NCBI GenBank assembly: GCA_965263035.1
Contig: OZ253580.1
Span: 4,416,001 to 4,480,000 of the forward strand
DNA: 64,000 nt
Reading direction: 5' to 3'
Source: Acidobacteriota bacterium
GTDB taxonomy: Bacteria > Acidobacteriota > UBA6911 > RPQK01 > JAJDTT01
Of this stretch, positions 59,757 to 64,000 are shown one piece after another. The stretch's first letter is position 1, and every line of letters begins with the position of its first letter. The position numbers were made by a program, and so were the translations under genes. The notes beneath the pieces are model-generated. The model was not told where the DNA came from. It saw nothing but the letters and a program-made list of their open reading frames with translations, and made no database searches.

Positions 59757-60515
59757 TCAGTCGCAGTCTCGCCGCCGGTTGATCATGCTTGCCACATAGC
59801 CGGCTCCGAACCCATTGTCGATGTTGACCACGGACACGTTTGCGGCACAGCTGTTGAGCATGCCCAGGAGTGCGGCCAGACCGCCGAAGGAAGCCCCGTA
59901 CCCCACGCTGGTGGGAACCGCGATCACAGGCAGATCGACCAGGCCGCCGACCACGCTGGGAAGGGCTCCTTCCATGCCCGCAACGGCGATCACCACCGTG
60001 CATGACGCCAACAGCTCCCGCTGTCCCAGGATCCGATGCAGCCCCGCCACGCCCACGTCGTAGCAGGGGACGGCCTGGTTTCCCATGACCGTTGCCGTGA
60101 TCAAGGCCTCTTCGGCAACCGGGATGTCCGCGGTGCCGGCGGCGAAGACCCCGATGGTGCCCCGGCCCTGATCGACCGGGTCCCGGACCACCTCCAGAAT
60201 CCGGCTCCGGCAGTGGAACACGGCTTCCGGGCAAGACGCTTTCACTCGAGCGTGGACTTCCTCGCTCGTGGAAGTGATGAGCAGGTTGGAGTGGTTCTCC
60301 AACAGCGACTCGGCAATCCCGAGGATCTGGTCCGGACTCTTGCCCCTCCCGAAAATGACCTCGGGGAAGCCGTGCCGGAGACTCCGGTGGTGGTCCACCT
60401 TGGCATAGTCCAGATCTTCGTAGGGCAGATCATGGAGAAGCCGAAGCAACTCCGTCTCGGGCAGACGGCCCTCCCTGAAATCGCGAAGAGCCTGCTTCAG
60501 CGATTCCGGGATCAT
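59757..60515 (-). CDS. larB: nickel pincer cofactor biosynthesis protein LarB (PurE-like)
   Basis: [58 protein letters not shown]. Confidence 0.93.
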   Translation of the reverse strand: MIPESLKQALRDFREGRLPETELLRLLHDLPYEDLDYAKVDHHRSLRHGFPEVIFGRGKSPDQILGIAESLLENHSNLLITSTSEEVHARVKASCPEAVFHCRSRILEVVRDPVDQGRGTIGVFAAGTADIPVAEEALITATVMGNQAVPCYDVGVAGLHRILGQRELLASCTVVIAVAGMEGALPSVVGGLVDLPVIAVPTSVGYGASFGGLAALLGMLNSCAANVSVVNIDNGFGAGYVASMINRRRDCD

Positions 60516-62686
60516 CGGCGCTGCCGGCGGCGCCTCCGGCGATTCTCGGGCTGCTCCCGAACTCCTTGCTGGTCTCGATTCTCGGGCTGCTCTCGAACTC
60601 CTTGCTGGTCTCTGAGCACGGCGCGGCGGCTGAGCCGGATCTTGTTGTTGTCGTCGACATTGAGGACCTTCACCAGCATCTTGTCCCCATTGTTGATCTC
60701 CTGGTAGATGTCCCGGATCCGATGTTCCGCGACCTCGGAGATGTGGAGGAGACCGTCCGTTCCCGGGAAAATCTCGACGAAGGCTCCGAAGTCCACCACT
60801 TTCACCACCGTTCCCAGATAGGTCTTGCCGATCTCGGCGGTGGCCGTCAGTTCCTCGATGATCCGGATCGCCTTTTCGGTGGCCTCGCTGCTGGTGGAAG
60901 CGATGTTGACCGTGCCGTCGTCTTCGATGTCGATCTTGACCCCCGTCTGATCGATGATGCTGCGGATCATCTTCCCACCGGGACCGATGACGCCGCCGAT
61001 CTTCTTGACCGGGATCTTGATGGTGACGATACGGGGCGCGAACCTGGAAATGTCGGGGCGCGGCTCGGCAATGGTCTCCGCCATCCGATCCAGGATATGC
61101 AGCCGGCCCTCCCGGGCCTGGAGCAGGGCTTCCTCCATGATCTCTCGCGTGACCCCCGCAATCTTGATGTCCATCTGCAGGGCGGTGATGCCCTTCCGGC
61201 TGCCGGCGACCTTGAAGTCCATATCGCCGTAGTGGTCCTCGAATCCGGCGATGTCCGACAGGACGGCGTAGTCATCACCCTCCTTGACCAGTCCCATGGC
61301 GATGCCGGCGATGGAGCCCCCGAGGGGCACGCCTGCGTCCTGCAGCGCCATAATGGCGCCGCAGACCGTTGCCATGGACGACGAGCCGTTGGACTCCAGG
61401 ATGTCTGACACCACGCGGACGGTGTAAGGGAACTTCTCCTCGGACGGAAGCATCGGCGTGACGGCTCTCTCCGCCAGGACGCCGTGCCCGATTTCCCGGC
61501 GCCCCGGGCCTCTCAGGAATCTCACCTCACCCACGCTGAAGGGAGGGAAGTTGTAGTGGAGCATGAAGCGTTTCGAACTCTCCCCGGTGAGCAGATCCAG
61601 GCGTTGGGCGTCATCTCCGGTGCCCAGCGTAGCCGTCACCAGAGCCTGGGTCTCTCCTCGCGTGAAAAGGGCCGATCCATGTGCCCGGGGCAGAAAGCCG
61701 ACTTCGCTGGAGATGGCCCTGACCTGGTCGAATCCCCGGCCGTCGGGGCGACGTCCATCCCGCAGCAACCGCTCCCGAAACAGCCTTTCCTTGAGCCGGT
61801 TGAAGCAGTCTCCCGCCTCGGCCCTCTTCTCGCCGGTCTCGTCGGGGATGGAATCGAGGACCTCGCCCTTGGAGTCACTCATTTTCCGTTCGCTGGCCAA
61901 CTTCCCGGGGGTATGGAGAGCCTCCAGAATCTTCTCCTTGGCCAGGGACTCAACCTGCTCCACGAGTCCCGGGTCGAGAGTTTTGGGCTCCACGGTCCGT
62001 TTGGTAACCGGACGGCGCCCCGCCAGCTCTCGAATCCCCTCGATGACGGGCCGGATTCCCTGCTTGTGACCATATTCGATGGCCTCGACGACGACCTGCT
62101 CGGAGACCTCCCGCATGGTGGCTTCCACCATGGTGATGCCGTCCCAGGAGCCGGAAAGGATCAGGTTCAGATCGCTCTCTTCCAACTGGGAATAGCTGGG
62201 GTTGAGGATGAACCGGCCGTCGACGCGGCCCACCCGCACCGCCCCCAGGGGATACGGGAACGGGATGTCGGACAGGGCCAGTGCCGCCGACGCACCATTC
62301 AGAGCCAGAATATCCGGGTTCGTCTCCGGGTCGGCCGACAGCACCATGGCCACGATCTGAGTCTCGCAAGCAAAGCCGTCCGGGAAGAGCGGGCGGATGG
62401 GACGGTCGATGAGGCGACTCGTCAGAACCTCTTTTTCGGAGGGCCTGCCCTCCCGTTTGAAAAAGCCTCCGGGAATCTTGCCCGCGGCATAGGTGTATTC
62501 CCGGTAGTCACAGGTGAGCGGGAAGAAACTCAAGTTCTTCCGAGGCTCACGTTGAGAACAGGCCGAAACCAGGACCATCGTCTCTTCGAGGCCAACCACG
62601 ACGGCGCCGTCGGCTTGCTTGGCCATTCTGCCGGTTTCTATGGAAAGGACTTTACCGTCCAGGTGAACTTCTATTTTCTCCGCCAT
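60512..62686 (-). CDS. pnp: polyribonucleotide nucleotidyltransferase
   Basis: [47 protein letters not shown] and S1 domains. Confidence 0.98.
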   Translation of the reverse strand: MAEKIEVHLDGKVLSIETGRMAKQADGAVVVGLEETMVLVSACSQREPRKNLSFFPLTCDYREYTYAAGKIPGGFFKREGRPSEKEVLTSRLIDRPIRPLFPDGFACETQIVAMVLSADPETNPDILALNGASAALALSDIPFPYPLGAVRVGRVDGRFILNPSYSQLEESDLNLILSGSWDGITMVEATMREVSEQVVVEAIEYGHKQGIRPVIEGIRELAGRRPVTKRTVEPKTLDPGLVEQVESLAKEKILEALHTPGKLASERKMSDSKGEVLDSIPDETGEKRAEAGDCFNRLKERLFRERLLRDGRRPDGRGFDQVRAISSEVGFLPRAHGSALFTRGETQALVTATLGTGDDAQRLDLLTGESSKRFMLHYNFPPFSVGEVRFLRGPGRREIGHGVLAERAVTPMLPSEEKFPYTVRVVSDILESNGSSSMATVCGAIMALQDAGVPLGGSIAGIAMGLVKEGDDYAVLSDIAGFEDHYGDMDFKVAGSRKGITALQMDIKIAGVTREIMEEALLQAREGRLHILDRMAETIAEPRPDISRFAPRIVTIKIPVKKIGGVIGPGGKMIRSIIDQTGVKIDIEDDGTVNIASTSSEATEKAIRIIEELTATAEIGKTYLGTVVKVVDFGAFVEIFPGTDGLLHISEVAEHRIRDIYQEINNGDKMLVKVLNVDDNNKIRLSRRAVLRDQQGVREQPENRDQQGVREQPENRRRRRRQRR
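60541..60612 (-). repeat. 36-bp tandem duplication in the pnp 3' end
   Basis: Two copies encoding [12 protein letters not shown], differing at one synonymous base. Confidence 0.9.
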
Positions 62687-62861
62687 TCTTTACTCCTTAA
62701 AACTGTTAGGGTGTGTGAAACTGATCGAAGCCACTCCGGCTACCGGGAGAGCAGATTCTCACCGGGAGTGTGGGAGCCATTTCCCGTCCGGCTCGGAAGC
62801 CGGTTACCGGAGGGTCGTCGCGGTCAAGAATTCGAACCTCTGTGGTCGGGTGTACCCCAGT

Positions 62862-63128
62862 TCACTTGCGAATTCCCAGACGACCTATCAGCTCCTGGTA
62901 GCGGACGAAGTCCATTCGCTTCAGATAGTCCAGAAGCCGCCGCCTCTGGCCGACGAGTTTCAGGAGTCCCCGCCGGGAGTGGTGGTCTTTCTTGTGGGAC
63001 TTGAAGTGTTCAGTGAGGTAGCCGATACGGTGGCTCAGAATGGCGACCTGGACTTCGGGCGAACCGGTATCGGTTCGGTGCAGTTGGTAGCCGCTGATGA
63101 GCTCTTCTTTCTGTTCCTTCGTCAACAT
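62862..63128 (-). CDS. rpsO: 30S ribosomal protein S15
   Basis: [12 protein letters not shown]...[24 protein letters not shown]. Confidence 0.98.
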   Translation of the reverse strand: MLTKEQKEELISGYQLHRTDTGSPEVQVAILSHRIGYLTEHFKSHKKDHHSRRGLLKLVGQRRRLLDYLKRMDFVRYQELIGRLGIRK

Positions 63129-63150
63129 CTTTCTTCTTCGTTCGCGCGTC

Positions 63151-63180
63151 AATTTAGCAGAGAAGGGTGTCGTCTGGCAA
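63151..63180 (-). promoter_or_regulatory. putative sigma70 promoter of rpsO-pnp
   Basis: TTGCCA-18 nt-TAAATT with an extended -10 TG, about 22 nt upstream of the rpsO ATG. Confidence 0.5.
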
Positions 63181-63282
63181 CCGAACCGGTGGGTCCGTCG
63201 GAGAAATCAAGGGGCCTTCGGACAGATTCCATATCCCGAACCGCTCCCAGATCCCAGGTCGCGAATCGTAAAACCGGAGTGT

Positions 63283-63307
63283 GGGCGGCTGAAAAGTCGC
63301 CCCCCTC
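63283..63307 (-). repeat. REP-like hairpin after xerC stop
   Basis: GGGCGACT-TTTC-AGCCGCCC, similar to 6780-6801. Confidence 0.5.
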
Positions 63308-63309
63308 CG

Positions 63310-64000
63310 TCAGGCCTTGGGGTGGGCCGCTCGGTAGACTTTCTGCAGATGCTCGATGGAGACATGGGTGTAGCGCTGAGTTGTGGAGAGGCTCTCGTGT
63401 CCCAGGAGCTCCTGAATCGAGCGAAGGTCGGCGCCGTTGTTGAGCAGGTGCGTGGCGAAGGAATGGCGCAGAAGGTGAGGATGGACGTCCAGCAGCAACG
63501 CAGTTTGCCGGATGTAGGCTCCCAGGTTTCTCTGGACCGACCGGGCGCTGAGACGGCCTCCGCGAAGATTCAGGAATAGGGCCGGGGTTTCCGGACTGTC
63601 CTTGCGCTTGGCCAGGATCTGCCGCCTGGCCTCCAGGTAGGCGGCCAGACTTGCCCGCGAAGGCTTTCCGAAGGGGACCACACGCTCCTTGTTGCCCTTT
63701 CCCAGGACGCGTACCAGTTGGCGGGTCATGGAGAGGTCGATCAGGTTCAGGCCGACCAGCTCTCCCACCCGCAGGCCGCTGGCATAGAGGAGTTCGAGGA
63801 TGGCCCGGTCCCGGAGTCCCTTCGAGGTCGCTGCCGGGGGCAGGGTCAGGATGGATTCGATCTCCGGGAGAGAGAGAAAGCGGGGTGTCTTGTGTGGCTG
63901 GCGGGGAGTCCGAACCAACTTGGCCGGGTTCTGGTCCAGATGGCCCTCCCGATAGAGGTAGCGGAAGAAGGACCGCAATACCGACAGTTTTCGAGCGATG
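63310..64000 (-). CDS. xerC: tyrosine recombinase XerC (5' end outside window)
   Basis: RDRAILELLYASGLRVGEL, GKGNKERVVP, HPHLLRHSFATHLL..GADLRSIQELLGH..LSTTQRYTH. Confidence 0.88.
   Translation of the reverse strand, partial: IARKLSVLRSFFRYLYREGHLDQNPAKLVRTPRQPHKTPRFLSLPEIESILTLPPAATSKGLRDRAILELLYASGLRVGELVGLNLIDLSMTRQLVRVLGKGNKERVVPFGKPSRASLAAYLEARRQILAKRKDSPETPALFLNLRGGRLSARSVQRNLGAYIRQTALLLDVHPHLLRHSFATHLLNNGADLRSIQELLGHESLSTTQRYTHVSIEHLQKVYRAAHPKA

Noticed and set aside
62687-62861. Defined ncRNA in the rpsO-pnp intergenic region
   Set aside because: Hairpins are present, as expected for a pnp leader, but I cannot assign a family by eye.
63310-64000. Phage or island integrase paired with the tRNA at 55872
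   Set aside because: XerC-like signature in a core-gene context; no duplicated tRNA 3' end or phage genes seen.

Overview
GC-rich bacterial chromosomal segment, most likely from an Acidobacteriota genome. This is an inference from the Oar-type TonB-dependent receptor, the acidobacterial VWA protein, the stand-alone MacB/FtsX permease and the PVC-type heme proteins. The left ~52 kb is accessory metabolism: a heparinase/alginate-lyase-like gene, a GT4 glycosyltransferase, four sialidase/BNR-fold proteins, three paralogous secreted beta-propeller glycosidase-like proteins, two sulfatases, a PPC/DUF1549-1553/DUF1501 trio, a PVC-type heme dehydrogenase, ahcY, a TonB receptor, a POT transporter, a PQQ-type dehydrogenase, a secreted katG and a diheme cytochrome c. 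The right ~12 kb is core genome on the minus strand: xerC, rpsO, pnp, larB, dnaG, rpoD, tRNA(CAT) and a zinc-ribbon gene. The most striking features lie outside the ORF track. (1) Two families of 159-bp rod-like palindromic elements, two full copies each, carry an ERIC-like central hairpin; one copy splits the TonB receptor gene and its removal restores the frame. (2) An IS630 sits in the stop codon of an internally deleted higB, and two more decayed toxin-antitoxin modules lie nearby. (3) A C4 zinc-ribbon protein carries an extra EVE/PUA-like C-terminal domain and is followed by a decayed tsf copy. (4) There is an unannotated 48-aa zinc-ribbon microprotein, a GAGGAAA heptamer inverted-repeat family and a probable group II intron 5' stub. 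No CRISPR array or rRNA was seen. All family assignments come from motif recognition by eye, not database searches.
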